Shown here one piece after another: positions 17,072 to 27,988 of a stretch of DNA of 60,674 nt. The translations under genes and the position numbers were made by a program. This DNA comes from a virus (taxonomy: Duplodnaviria > Caudoviricetes). Numbering within the stretch: position 1 is the stretch's first letter; the number at the start of each line of letters is the position of its first letter. Where the stretch lies: positions 1 to 60,674 of the IMG/VR virus record IMGVR_UViG_3300017774_001580; one strand, given 5' to 3'. The notes beneath the pieces were generated by a model. That model searched no databases. It was given only the letters and a program-made list of their open reading frames with translations, and had not been told where the DNA came from.

Positions 17072-17346
17072 GAAACAAATTAGCCGGCAAGCACCCCTCG
17101 TATGACAAGCTTGGTATGTCAGAGGAGCGCAAGAAAAAGAAGATTGCCTATGACAAGGAATACCACAAGTCAGAGGAGCGTAAGGACTATAGGGTTGATC
17201 TGAACCGAAAGAATCGGGAGGCAGGAACCTATGGTAATGGTGATGGCAAAGATATGAGTCATACAAAGTCAGGAAAGCTTGTCTCTGAAGCCAAAGGCAC
17301 TAACAGAGCAAGAAATGGTCACAATAAAAAATCAACAAAGAAATGA
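17068..17346 (+). CDS. Small basic HNH-like protein
   Basis: GDGKDMSH...NRARN pattern of short degenerate phage HNH-like proteins. Confidence 0.5.
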   Translation: MRNKLAGKHPSYDKLGMSEERKKKKIAYDKEYHKSEERKDYRVDLNRKNREAGTYGNGDGKDMSHTKSGKLVSEAKGTNRARNGHNKKSTKK

Positions 17347-17657
17347 TACCATGCATATGTATTGACGATAAAGCTCGTCCGGCAGACTTTCCCCTAAGCA
17401 AATGGGTAGAAGAGGGAAACAAATATAATATCGTAGCTGCTGCCGTAATTCTACCACAAGGGATCCTTGGATTCCAAATCAAAGAGATACAAATGGATGC
17501 CGATTGCTATCCATACAAATATTTCTCTTCTCATAGATTTATCTTGGAAGATAAATATAAAAATGCTATTTTTGACATGGTAATGGGCGATCGTGATTAC
17601 GCTGAGGTAGACCCAGCGATTATGACCGATATTAGTCTCGTTAGCTTCGTATCATGA
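17343..17657 (+). CDS. Hypothetical protein
   Basis: 104-aa ORF, ATGA overlaps on both sides. Confidence 0.7.
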   Translation: MIPCICIDDKARPADFPLSKWVEEGNKYNIVAAAVILPQGILGFQIKEIQMDADCYPYKYFSSHRFILEDKYKNAIFDMVMGDRDYAEVDPAIMTDISLVSFVS

Positions 17658-17896
17658 AAGAGCAACAGATACAGTCAAAGAAAATTAAAGAGCTAGAGGC
17701 TCAGGGCTACTACGTCATAAAGCTTATCAATACCAACAAGAATGGTATCCCTGACCTTATAGCAATACCACCCAACTCTGATGTCCTATTCGTTGAGGTC
17801 AAGCGACCTGATGGTAAGATATCAAAGCTCCAGGAATTCAGACACAAGGAGCTAGAGGAGAAAGGTATTAAAGTAGAAATATTTAGAGGAATTTAA
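17654..17896 (+). CDS. VRR-NUC domain nuclease (candidate junction resolvase)
   Basis: E..IQ, GIPDL, FVEVK, SKLQ. Confidence 0.85.
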   Translation: MKEQQIQSKKIKELEAQGYYVIKLINTNKNGIPDLIAIPPNSDVLFVEVKRPDGKISKLQEFRHKELEEKGIKVEIFRGI

Positions 17897-17908
17897 TTTA
17901 ATCAAATC

Positions 17909-18247
17909 ATGAATCAAGAAAACAAAAGGTTAGCCGACCTATGGCTACTCATCAGCGCACTCAACACAGTCCGCTACGCAATAACGGAGATCAATCCTGA
18001 CACCATGCAGTCTCACACCAAGATGCAATTCAAAAATCTCAGGAGCAACATTGACAACTTCCTAGTCTCCGCGCAGAAAAAGATGCAGACCAAGGAGCGA
18101 CAGACACTAGCATCTATGAACTTCGAAAACGTAGCCATCATGGCTGAGACGCTATCACTACTAGCGCACGTTCCAATCAATAAACAAGAGCAATTTCTAA
18201 GCAAAGTAAACGACTTAGTCTTTGAAGTTATAAAAGATGGAGAATGA
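17909..18247 (+). CDS. Hypothetical protein
   Basis: 112-aa helical ORF. Confidence 0.7.
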   Translation: MNQENKRLADLWLLISALNTVRYAITEINPDTMQSHTKMQFKNLRSNIDNFLVSAQKKMQTKERQTLASMNFENVAIMAETLSLLAHVPINKQEQFLSKVNDLVFEVIKDGE

Positions 18248-18611
18248 AGAACTAAGGCGTGAGAAAAGGGCCATTGACTGCTTCACTAATATGTTCAGTG
18301 GCTCCTATCAAAAGCTTGATCCAAATGATATAGACTACAAGGTCTTCGACTCTGAGAATAAGCTGATTGCTTATGCCGAGGTAAGCTCTAGGATAAAAAC
18401 CATTAGGGATGCATACCCTCTGTCAGTATCAGCAAAAAAGTTATTAAAGCTCTCAGACAAGCGGCTCAATCCGGTACTGATATGGTCCTGCGAGGATGGT
18501 ATTATCTACTCAAAGGTCAAAGGGTTGTCGGGAGAGATAGTATGGGAGGATGATGACTTTGTGGTTTACTTTGGCAAGAAAAAAACAATGAAATATATTC
18601 GATTCACATAA
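18237..18611 (+). CDS. Hypothetical protein, possible degenerate PD-(D/E)xK fold
   Basis: IDY...YAEVSSR has the D...ExK spacing but with Ser in place of Lys. Confidence 0.45.
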   Translation: MENEELRREKRAIDCFTNMFSGSYQKLDPNDIDYKVFDSENKLIAYAEVSSRIKTIRDAYPLSVSAKKLLKLSDKRLNPVLIWSCEDGIIYSKVKGLSGEIVWEDDDFVVYFGKKKTMKYIRFT

Positions 18612-18630
18612 ACCAATTTATACACACACA

Positions 18631-18807
18631 ATGACAGAACTAACAATTGAAATGGCAAACGATATGACTTTCATTAATTGTGTAAAACATTTTAAACCTG
18701 AATGGTCTGACGATCAGTGTGATTTTTATTTATGGGAACATACCTATTTTCCTTTTTCAACAAAAGAAACTATAATCAAACAACTCAATGAGCAACTTAA
18801 AGACTAA
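18631..18807 (+). CDS. Hypothetical 58-aa protein (MTELTIEMAND...)
   Basis: Manual translation; ACACACA-ATG context; fills the gap. Confidence 0.6.
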   Translation: MTELTIEMANDMTFINCVKHFKPEWSDDQCDFYLWEHTYFPFSTKETIIKQLNEQLKD

Positions 18808-19063
18808 ATATGTATCCATAGTTGAAGCATATATGGATGCTTTCTGCGAAAAACAAGACATGATACTAGAGTCATGGGTAGCAAATGAAATCGGTACAAT
18901 AGCCTGCTTTGGCGATGTGATGTACTTTGGGTTTGATGACATCAGATATGACATAGATACCAAACAGCCTGTCGGGCAGATACTTGACTGGCTGTATAGC
19001 TCTATTGACAATCCTGATACTCACATAAACTATAAGCATTGGTGTAAAGGACTTAGGTATTAG
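18788..19063 (+). CDS. Hypothetical protein
   Basis: 91-aa ORF, last gene of + arm, converges on the giant gene. Confidence 0.7.
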   Translation: MSNLKTKYVSIVEAYMDAFCEKQDMILESWVANEIGTIACFGDVMYFGFDDIRYDIDTKQPVGQILDWLYSSIDNPDTHINYKHWCKGLRY

Positions 19064-19065
19064 TA

Positions 19066-22000
19066 TTATCTTCCGTATCTCTCTGCTCTTTCCTCCTGAG
19101 CTTTTCTTATCTTCTCCTGCTGCTCCCTTCTCTTTCTCTGCAAATCTCGTTTAGCTTCCTCCCTTTTCTCCATCGCTCTCTCTCTTCTCTTTTCAGGAGT
19201 ATTTTGCTCTCTAAAGTATTCAGTGCCTGGACCATAATTCTCCCTCCACTCTCTTGGACTTTCCTTTTTAAGATTTTCAATCTGACTGTCAGTTAAAGGC
19301 TTGTCCTTATTCTTTTCTTTTTCTTCTAATTTTACACTCTCTCTATATTTATATAGCTTACCTCCAGGTGCAGAGTACTCGTCAAACTTCTCAGGGTCTT
19401 TATCCTCAAACTCTTCTAACGTCTCATAGCCACCATAGGCCTCCTCCTTCATCGCTTTTCTATCGGCTGAGTATTTCTTTGCCTCTTCCTTATTTCTACC
19501 TGTCTCCCTGTACTCTTTGAGTTGAGATTCTGTCATCGCATCATTCTTAGCACCCTTTGTAATCTTTCCCAATATATTATTCCACTCAGGGGCACCAGGA
19601 AGTATTCCCATATTTAATATAATTGATGGAACAATAGACCATTTCAGTAAGTCTCTATCCCCCTCACTTATAAATTTATCATTGCCATATTTATCCTTAT
19701 ACTTACCTGTAAGAGCCAATATAATATTTTCATGTATTCCCAAAGCTTTATCTATTGAAATACCATACATACCTAATGCCTTTGCATAAGTAGATCCGGA
19801 TGCTATGTCATCAGTAAATATAGATAATTTATCTTCTTCTGCAACGCCCATCAAGTCTTGAGTCAATGACAAACCAGTATTAAATCCATACTTAGCAAAT
19901 GGGTCAGTTATTGGTATTGGAGAAAATACATCGGTTACAGCTCCAGTAACTTGTGCTTTTAATAAGTTACCTCTTCTTTTTTCCCATTCCTCTTCGTCTG
20001 GCTCATCGCCTCTTATCGCATCAGATATCAGATAATACAACAATCCAAAACCTACAACTATACCTTTAAATACTGCTTGCTCAGCACCAAATGCTGCCAA
20101 TGATCTAAACGCATTTTTCTTGTCTTGATAGGATGATGTTCTGCTTGTAAAATTTGTTATGTCAGATGCCATCCTTTGAAATTGATTCATCCTGAAACTT
20201 GCAAGAGGCAAGAAAACTCTTGTTAATATCTTCTTTGGCGTACCTCCCTCAGGAGAATATAACGAACCTGCTAACCTTGTATCTGTTATGTTCTGTTGTC
20301 TGTCAACCATCATTTGAGCATAGTCGGCCGCCTCTTCATTCTGTTTATGATTAGAATAATCGATTCCTCCTTTTGGTAATTTGCCTTGTTTTTTTAATGA
20401 CTGCTCATAGTAAGAAAGCCATGATGCCTTAGCAATATATGCATCTGGATTTGCTAAGAACCATTTTAAATATAGGTCATTTGCCTGCTTTAACAATCTT
20501 AATCCAGCCTCAGTATTTGACTTTGCCGCTTCCTCCATCATCCTGTTTATAGATTCAAGATGCACTTGAGATTCAGCGCCTCTATTCGCAATAGATCTAC
20601 CTGAATTATTTATAAATTTTATCTTGTCAGCATTTCCTATATAGTTCAAGCTTATCTTTCCTGCATTGATCAATGTGTTTATAGCGATTGACACCGTTTG
20701 CTTTGGTATCTGAGTAGGACCTGCCAATGTCATTGATGCGCTAAATCTAGCAATAGTATCTAGTGACCTTACCACTTTATCTAACTCGCTGTTATCAAAT
20801 TGATTCTGATTTCTTATATTCTTAACAGCTAATGAAATTCTTCTATCTAATACAGCTCTGTCATCTGCATTAGGAAATATTTTTTTGTAGGCTTTTGAAT
20901 TTTGAAACGCTTTAACTTGCTTGATTCCCTCAGCTGTATTTATGTCGGTCAATGCATCGTACAACGAACTAGCATTTACACTGTCAAAAGAAAGATTCAC
21001 ATATCTTGACACTTTCCCATCTTTATCTTTTGGCAATCCTTGTTTTTTATCACGAGCTTTCATTAACGCTCCTGCTTTTTTCTCTGATATATTGCCATTG
21101 TTTTGATGGAATGCTGAAGCATCATCATCTATCTCAGTATCTTTTTGAGAGCTTAACTTTGACAATCTATCAGTGGTATAGTATGCGTCTTTATCCAATA
21201 CAGTATTGTAAATATTTAATGACACATCTGCCAATTGATCGTAATGCTTAGACCACTCATTTACCCACCAATCAACAGCCTCAACATTTTTCTTGTCAGC
21301 TTTTTGTTTTACCTCTGATGAGTTCTTAGAGTCTTTTAATAACTTGTCATATACCTCTTGATATACTTTAGCTTTGTCTTGCTCCTCTTTTGTTCCTTCT
21401 AGTAATTCTTCTATTGACTCCTCTATCAATGCTTTTCTGTCATTAAACTCCTCTTGTATTTGCTTGTCTGTTCCAATAATAGACCTTGACATAAAGGCAA
21501 TCATACCTCTTTCGGTAATATTAAATGCATCGTTAAATGCTTTGCCATTTGGCTTGGATTTTGAAAACTCATTAAGGTATGCAGTAATAGTTCTACTTAC
21601 TGTTGTTGTGGCTTTAGCAGCACCATTAGCAATTTTAGTAAAGCCCATTTCTCTCATTACTTTCAATCCAGTATCTACGCTTTTGAACATTCGCTCAAAC
21701 AACAATGGTAATGACACAATTTGCTCTGCGTTAAACTTTCCAAATGCTTTTGAGAATAAGAATCTTAATGCTTTTGACACTATACCTTCCTTCGCTAGTT
21801 TGTTAGCATTAGACTCACCTCTATATCGAGCAACAACGGTACCCATATTCGCTGTTGATTTATTGACGATAAAATTATTCAATGCATCGGCAGCACGAAG
21901 AGCGTCCCTTACGCTCAGCTTGCTTAAATCCATTCCCATAAATTCTTCTACAAGAGCTTTTTGTTCCTTTGTAAAATCTACTTTAGTTGGATTATCAGGG

Positions 22001-25000
22001 TCAGAGAATGGGTCAATGCCCCTATTAAACATACTTTTTATAATAGATGAATAGGTATTAAACATCTTATTGATGAAGCTTCGTACTATTCTCTCTTTAG
22101 CGTCACTAACCTTATCACTTTCGGGTTGCTCTAGTAAAGCCATCATTTGATCGTATGTCAAATCATTCGCATCAATACCAAGTAATGACTCTACCTTTTC
22201 TGCTGTTCTTTTCTCTATTTCTTTTTTCTGTTCTTCTAAAGCTTTTTCTACATATTTCATTGTGGCCTCCACGTTAACTGCATCAGAAGGTTTAACACCT
22301 TTTGGTGTTAATTTAGATCCGGCAACTCCCTCACTAACAGCTTTAGCCATCTCAAGATACTCGTCAATGTTCTCAATCATTGATGGGTCAATCTTAGCAA
22401 ATTCAGCAGCGAATACAGTAAGATTCCCAAACTTATCCTTACTCTTTGATAACTCCTTTATTTTATTCCTAAGCTTATTTGCTGCTTTTAATTTAGCTCC
22501 GTAGTCAGCATCTTTAAATAACTTGCCGGCATAGTCAATAAGCTTTTGCACAGCATCAGGATTGTTTAGGTTTACGAGACTTACTCTCTTGGCTAACACT
22601 TCTGCCTGCTTTGCTGATAACACTCCAGACTCAGCCATCTTGTTGATGGCAGCAGCAAGCATCTTGCGCTTTTTATTCAAGTCACCCTTAGCTTCTCTTG
22701 CCGCTCTAGCCTCAAGTCTTATTTGGTCCTTGAGCGCAGTCATCTCATTGACTGTTACTTTCTTGGGCTTTGGCTTACCTACAATCTTCTCCTTTGAGAT
22801 CGGTTTCTTTTCTGCCTTAGGTTTGATTGCTAGCAAAGCGTCTGCTTGGCTCTCAGTGAGACCTTTTTTTATTAGGTATATCTTAATGCCAGCATCTGAG
22901 ATTTTACCTTTTCTTGCCATTTCTATGGCACCTGAGTACATACCAATAAGTAGCTTCTTCTCGAATCGCTCTTTGTTTATAGCCTTATGTTTATCCTTTA
23001 TGTAGTCATACCCTTTCTGTACAGCACCTGATAAGGCAACACCTGCATCAATAGCTTTGGCTACTGTGTCCATTGCTGCGTTCCATATTGCAATAGGGAC
23101 ACCAAGGATATTGCTCTGCAATCCACCAGGGCCTTTTATCTTTAAGCCTCTTACTGCATCTGATAGAGTCTTTTTTGGTGATTCCTGTTGCTTAATAGCC
23201 TTGTTTACTAATTCAAGAAGTTTTGCTTTTCTTGGAGTCCAATTTAATTTCTCCTTTTTTAATTCTTCTAATTGTTCTTTTTTCTGCTTTAACTCCTCTA
23301 ATGTCAGTACAGGACTTTTTGTTTTTGGTTTAATAGTAGGAACAGTCTCAGTAGTAGGAGCCACCTCAGTCACAGGAGCAGTCTCAGTAGGTGCAGTTTC
23401 AGTTACAGGTGTCTCAGTCACAGGAGCCTCAGTCACAGGTTCAGTTACAGGAGCTGCCTCAACCTTTGGTGCCCCCATCTTAGCTAGCATCATCTGCTCT
23501 AGCTTGTCAGCCTCTTGCTCAGGTGTCAATGTCTCAACAGGTGCAGTCTCAACCGCAGGTTGCTGTGATGATAGTTCTTTCTGATTAAGAGCGTCAAGCT
23601 CAGCCTTCACGTCAGCCTTTGGCATGACCGTCTCACCAACAGTTATGTTCTTGCGTCTCTTGTCAGCCTTGGCTAGTGCGTCAGTCAGCTCCTGCTGTCT
23701 CGCTCTGTCCTGCTCAGTAAATGTCTCTGCTGACTCTACAGGTGCAGCTTGTTGTTCTAATGCCGCAAGTTCTGCATCGTATTTTTCATCTATTTTATTT
23801 AATGTAAATTCATTAAGCTGTGCTTTTTTTGCTGAAACAGAAACGCCAAATTCCTTTTTAATAATATCACTAATTTCTATTAAAGAAAGATTTGAATTTG
23901 CTAATTCTTTTAATCTTTCTTGAGCATTTTTTCTTTCTTTACCAAATAATTTTTTTACAATATCATTTCTAATCTCTTTTAATCCTTGATTAAAATTACT
24001 TTCTTCTGTATTACTTAAATTAATTCCACTATTATCTTTTTCGTCTTGTCTTCTTTTTTCTATTTCTTTCTTTTTAGCTTCTATATCACCTTGCGACGGC
24101 TGTACAGGTGCAGTCTCCTTTTCTGCTATCTCAATCTGAGCGCCTAAGCCTTCAGGTGTAGCTTGCTGTTCTGTTTCTACATCCAATTCAGCTTGCATTT
24201 CTGCAATTCTTTCTTGTCTTTTATTCTCTTTAACAGCATCTACTTTTGCAGAAGATGCTACTTCAGGAGCTTTAGTTTTATTTTGTACAATTTCTTGCTG
24301 CTGCTCAAATGTCATATTAGCTATGTCAGCTTCTGAATAGCCTAATTCTAATAATTCATTTTTAAACCCACTATTCGGAGTTAGAGTTATAGCATCACCA
24401 AAATCATTTAAAGCTGTTATTGGAGATATATTTTCTATATCTATTTCCATTTGAGTTTTAGCAGCCTTAACTATTTTTTCAATTTCAGATTCTTTTTGTT
24501 GATCTGTCAACTCATTATTGTCTAGTATCTTGGCTATTTCATCTTTAGCTGTAGCTCTTACTTTTTCTTTATATTCTTTCCTTTTGGTTTCTTCGGGGCT
24601 GAGGACACCTTGCTTGGGAGCTGCTTGAGATCCTGCTTCGGCACCTCCTGCCTCCATCTCTTTGCCAGGCTCGGATTCTGGCTGTAGAGATACTTCACCT
24701 GCTGCTTGCTTTTGAATGGCATCTAATTTCTCGTTTAATGTCTGAGATACTTGGTCGTCATTCTTAACGCCAATGTTTAATTTTGCAAGTCTCTCAGGAG
24801 TGAATGAATCGATTTTGTCTAAAAATTGTTGCTTAGTATATCTTCTGCCATTTATCATGTACTCTCCTACCTCCTTAGTCTCAATGCCTGAAATTTTAGT
24901 CAGGTCAACTTGATTCTCTGTCGGTAAAATAGCTTTACTTTTACCCATAGCGGATAATTCTTCATTGATAGCTTTTACGTCATCACTATATACCTCTTGC

Positions 25001-27975
25001 TTCTCTTTGGATGATGTCAGTTCTTTTTTGGCAGCTAATAATTCCATAGTCCTAGAAGTAACATTACTGTTCGCTGAACCTCCACCCACTGACATTAACT
25101 CTTTAGCCTCTCTTCTGAGACCAACATTCTCTTGTATCTTCTGATTAACATCCTCGTCAATCTTCCCAAGGCGTTGCATATTATTCGCCCAATTTGAGAT
25201 TCGCTCGTCAGATACTCTCTCTGATGCTATATTTTTATAGTTAGTTAGATTGTATGCAAGATTTATGTCAGTGTTTTTCTTTATTGAGGAATATGAGTTT
25301 AATAGATAATTTGGAGTATTTGTACCCATACTACCAATGCCCTCAAGGGCTACCTCATTGAAGTCAATCTCTTTTCTACCTGTGCCAAACAATATCTCAT
25401 TGCCTTGTGCTACAAGCTCACCTGCCATCTCAGCACTTGGGTCTATTATTGCATTCTCTACAGTCGCACGAGCAATTTTAGATGTAGCAGATGCTAATTT
25501 ACTTGCCGGCTTTATCATTTTACCTGAAAGTCCTGCTGTTAAATAGTCAACCGCAGCAATTGGTATACCCCTAGCAGCACCAACCATAGCTGCATCGTCC
25601 CAAACTCTTTGGTCATTTAATGCCTTCTCTAGTGACTTAGGATCAAGAGGATTGTAATCATACTTCTCTACAGCCTCCATTAAAGCACTAGTGTACTCTG
25701 TCATATACCCTGTTATAGCCTGCCCTGTTTTGAATCCTGTTGCTGCGCCTGTAGCAGCACCTCCGGTAACTGTTATAGGAGCAAAAGGACCACCAAGTAA
25801 TCCTGCTACAGCACCTGTTCCAGCACCTGCTGCGGTCGTAACAGGTATTATTTTAACGCCATAAGGAAGCATTTGAGATACTGACTGAGCAACACCTACA
25901 GCCATAGCCTCAAATGGATCGTCTAAAACAACATCCCACCAATCTCTGTATGTCTTTGCTTCAGACATCCTAGTCATTACCCTACTTTGGGTGCCACTCA
26001 TGCTAGCTAATTTCTCAGAGATATATTTTGCAGCATTCTTAGGGTCACTATATCCGGAATAGGATGTGTATCCTGGTAATGTCATCGCTAATAATTGGTC
26101 TCCGATCATACCATTCGTTAAACCATCATTCAAGGAATTCCATGTCGCTAAAAGATTATCAGTAAGCTCACTATTTATTTCTTTGTTTGTTTTGGCATCA
26201 AAATATGTTTTTGCCTCATCAAATTTCATAACAGCAGTTTGTGCTAACTGATTTGCATCTGTATATTTTTGGACTAGATTTTTATAAGCTTCCTTATCTG
26301 TTATTTTAGTTTCAGGAATTTTCATCAATTCCTCAATAGGCATATTGAATCTGCTTATTGATTCGGCATTTACAATGTCAAGGTCTGACTTTGCCTCTCT
26401 AAATATTTTAGTTGCTTCAGCAGCTGTTTGATTCTCTATCTTGGCTAATTGAACATCAAAATCCATTCTTGTTTTCTCATATGTTTTATCTTGAGTTCTG
26501 AATGTCATGTCTTTTACTAGCGGCCTGAGTTGCTCACGTTCTTTCTTGAGTTCTTCTAATGTATTTGCTACATCAAGTCTTTTATTTCCATTTATAAATA
26601 AATTTGGATTACTATAAACTTTTTCTTTTTCGGCCGCTGACAATTCAACGCCTTCAAAAAAGTTAATAATATCATCTATTTCGTTGTATCTATTTATTCT
26701 TCTTTTGTCTGTTACATAATCCAATCCTTTTTGCTTATAAAAAAGGTCTCCCTCAAGATCTGCTTTAGACATATCCTTCCAAGACCCTGCTGCAAAGTCT
26801 TGAGCTTCTTTATCAGTTTTAAATGTAAAAATCTCACCTCTTTTTTGGGCTTCTTTTAATGCTTCTTCAAATGGCAATTCAACCCAATCATCTTTGAATG
26901 GAGTTACAAATAATGGATTTTTTGGGAATAAAGTTGGAATTACTTTATTGTCGAACGATGTGAATTTAACAGTTGACATGGTGCCATCGTCATTTATCCT
27001 GGCACCATTCCTCATATTTTTAGCTCGTAGCGCTTTATTTAGGAAATCTTCTTCCTCAGACATCCTATTGTTTTGGCTTATAAAATCTCTTAGCTTTTTA
27101 GCTTCTTGTGCTTTGTCTGCATCTGAGTCTACTGACAAGTCTATACCTACAGATACTTGTCCATTCTCAGATCTTGCTATCAGTTTACTGCCAAAAATGC
27201 CAGCCTTCTCAATGACTATACCATATGGTTGGAACTCTTTCTTTAAATCATTTATGTTGTTGTAATAGTCAAACATTCTATTGTCAATAGAATTCAGCTT
27301 GCTTATAAATTCAGGAGTTTTGCTTCGAAATAATGCATCTGAGAGTTCTTGGTTTCTTTTCTCTTGCTCTTGTAGTTCAAAGGCTTTTGTCTCTTTGAGG
27401 GTGTTTAATCTTTCTTGATTATTTCTTTCGTTTTGTTCTTTTATTAAATTTTCTGCTTCTTTGCTTACTGTAGTTGTCTTTGATGGAGCAGTTATATTTA
27501 AGCCATAGTCTTTTGTTTCTGCAAGTTTCGTTGGAGTTGTAGCTCCCCAAGAATATCCTTCAGCAATTCTGCCATCTTGGGGGATGACAGGTTTCTCCAT
27601 AGGACTAACTTCTTCCGTAGGAGTTACTTCTTTCTTTGGTTGCTGACCAAGTACTTTTTGCGCTATATTAAGTATGTCAGTCTTTGAAGGCTCCGATTCC
27701 GATGTACCATCTTCCCCAAACAAAGAAGATACCCAATCTTCTTTTTTTTTAATAGGCTGCTGCTCTTGAGCCATTGGCTGTTGAGTGGGTTGTTGAGCAG
27801 ACACTAATGACTTAAAATCATCAAAAGTACCTAGTGTGCTTTCTCCGAATGCATTGTGAAAGTCCTTTTGATAAGAAGGGTCTGACTTTATAAGGTCTTT
27901 AAAATCTTCAAACTTACCAAATTTGTCCTCTCCTCCTAATTGATTGTATAAATCAATGATATATTGTTCGTCCAT
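19066..27975 (-). CDS. Giant internal virion / DNA-ejection protein (about 2969 aa)
   Basis: Very long helical ORF at the end of the structural arm; Gly/Ala hydrophobic segments; likely start MDEQYIIDLY at 27975. Confidence 0.7.
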   Translation of the reverse strand: MDEQYIIDLYNQLGGEDKFGKFEDFKDLIKSDPSYQKDFHNAFGESTLGTFDDFKSLVSAQQPTQQPMAQEQQPIKKKEDWVSSLFGEDGTSESEPSKTDILNIAQKVLGQQPKKEVTPTEEVSPMEKPVIPQDGRIAEGYSWGATTPTKLAETKDYGLNITAPSKTTTVSKEAENLIKEQNERNNQERLNTLKETKAFELQEQEKRNQELSDALFRSKTPEFISKLNSIDNRMFDYYNNINDLKKEFQPYGIVIEKAGIFGSKLIARSENGQVSVGIDLSVDSDADKAQEAKKLRDFISQNNRMSEEEDFLNKALRAKNMRNGARINDDGTMSTVKFTSFDNKVIPTLFPKNPLFVTPFKDDWVELPFEEALKEAQKRGEIFTFKTDKEAQDFAAGSWKDMSKADLEGDLFYKQKGLDYVTDKRRINRYNEIDDIINFFEGVELSAAEKEKVYSNPNLFINGNKRLDVANTLEELKKEREQLRPLVKDMTFRTQDKTYEKTRMDFDVQLAKIENQTAAEATKIFREAKSDLDIVNAESISRFNMPIEELMKIPETKITDKEAYKNLVQKYTDANQLAQTAVMKFDEAKTYFDAKTNKEINSELTDNLLATWNSLNDGLTNGMIGDQLLAMTLPGYTSYSGYSDPKNAAKYISEKLASMSGTQSRVMTRMSEAKTYRDWWDVVLDDPFEAMAVGVAQSVSQMLPYGVKIIPVTTAAGAGTGAVAGLLGGPFAPITVTGGAATGAATGFKTGQAITGYMTEYTSALMEAVEKYDYNPLDPKSLEKALNDQRVWDDAAMVGAARGIPIAAVDYLTAGLSGKMIKPASKLASATSKIARATVENAIIDPSAEMAGELVAQGNEILFGTGRKEIDFNEVALEGIGSMGTNTPNYLLNSYSSIKKNTDINLAYNLTNYKNIASERVSDERISNWANNMQRLGKIDEDVNQKIQENVGLRREAKELMSVGGGSANSNVTSRTMELLAAKKELTSSKEKQEVYSDDVKAINEELSAMGKSKAILPTENQVDLTKISGIETKEVGEYMINGRRYTKQQFLDKIDSFTPERLAKLNIGVKNDDQVSQTLNEKLDAIQKQAAGEVSLQPESEPGKEMEAGGAEAGSQAAPKQGVLSPEETKRKEYKEKVRATAKDEIAKILDNNELTDQQKESEIEKIVKAAKTQMEIDIENISPITALNDFGDAITLTPNSGFKNELLELGYSEADIANMTFEQQQEIVQNKTKAPEVASSAKVDAVKENKRQERIAEMQAELDVETEQQATPEGLGAQIEIAEKETAPVQPSQGDIEAKKKEIEKRRQDEKDNSGINLSNTEESNFNQGLKEIRNDIVKKLFGKERKNAQERLKELANSNLSLIEISDIIKKEFGVSVSAKKAQLNEFTLNKIDEKYDAELAALEQQAAPVESAETFTEQDRARQQELTDALAKADKRRKNITVGETVMPKADVKAELDALNQKELSSQQPAVETAPVETLTPEQEADKLEQMMLAKMGAPKVEAAPVTEPVTEAPVTETPVTETAPTETAPVTEVAPTTETVPTIKPKTKSPVLTLEELKQKKEQLEELKKEKLNWTPRKAKLLELVNKAIKQQESPKKTLSDAVRGLKIKGPGGLQSNILGVPIAIWNAAMDTVAKAIDAGVALSGAVQKGYDYIKDKHKAINKERFEKKLLIGMYSGAIEMARKGKISDAGIKIYLIKKGLTESQADALLAIKPKAEKKPISKEKIVGKPKPKKVTVNEMTALKDQIRLEARAAREAKGDLNKKRKMLAAAINKMAESGVLSAKQAEVLAKRVSLVNLNNPDAVQKLIDYAGKLFKDADYGAKLKAANKLRNKIKELSKSKDKFGNLTVFAAEFAKIDPSMIENIDEYLEMAKAVSEGVAGSKLTPKGVKPSDAVNVEATMKYVEKALEEQKKEIEKRTAEKVESLLGIDANDLTYDQMMALLEQPESDKVSDAKERIVRSFINKMFNTYSSIIKSMFNRGIDPFSDPDNPTKVDFTKEQKALVEEFMGMDLSKLSVRDALRAADALNNFIVNKSTANMGTVVARYRGESNANKLAKEGIVSKALRFLFSKAFGKFNAEQIVSLPLLFERMFKSVDTGLKVMREMGFTKIANGAAKATTTVSRTITAYLNEFSKSKPNGKAFNDAFNITERGMIAFMSRSIIGTDKQIQEEFNDRKALIEESIEELLEGTKEEQDKAKVYQEVYDKLLKDSKNSSEVKQKADKKNVEAVDWWVNEWSKHYDQLADVSLNIYNTVLDKDAYYTTDRLSKLSSQKDTEIDDDASAFHQNNGNISEKKAGALMKARDKKQGLPKDKDGKVSRYVNLSFDSVNASSLYDALTDINTAEGIKQVKAFQNSKAYKKIFPNADDRAVLDRRISLAVKNIRNQNQFDNSELDKVVRSLDTIARFSASMTLAGPTQIPKQTVSIAINTLINAGKISLNYIGNADKIKFINNSGRSIANRGAESQVHLESINRMMEEAAKSNTEAGLRLLKQANDLYLKWFLANPDAYIAKASWLSYYEQSLKKQGKLPKGGIDYSNHKQNEEAADYAQMMVDRQQNITDTRLAGSLYSPEGGTPKKILTRVFLPLASFRMNQFQRMASDITNFTSRTSSYQDKKNAFRSLAAFGAEQAVFKGIVVGFGLLYYLISDAIRGDEPDEEEWEKRRGNLLKAQVTGAVTDVFSPIPITDPFAKYGFNTGLSLTQDLMGVAEEDKLSIFTDDIASGSTYAKALGMYGISIDKALGIHENIILALTGKYKDKYGNDKFISEGDRDLLKWSIVPSIILNMGILPGAPEWNNILGKITKGAKNDAMTESQLKEYRETGRNKEEAKKYSADRKAMKEEAYGGYETLEEFEDKDPEKFDEYSAPGGKLYKYRESVKLEEKEKNKDKPLTDSQIENLKKESPREWRENYGPGTEYFREQNTPEKRRERAMEKREEAKRDLQRKRREQQEKIRKAQEERAERYGR

Positions 27976-27988
27976 ATTATTATTTATT

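Noticed and set aside
19066-27975. Virion RNA polymerase as in crAss-like or N4-like phages
   Set aside because: No DFDxD-type or T7-like polymerase motif seen in the giant protein; host-type promoters occur throughout. An HMM search would settle it
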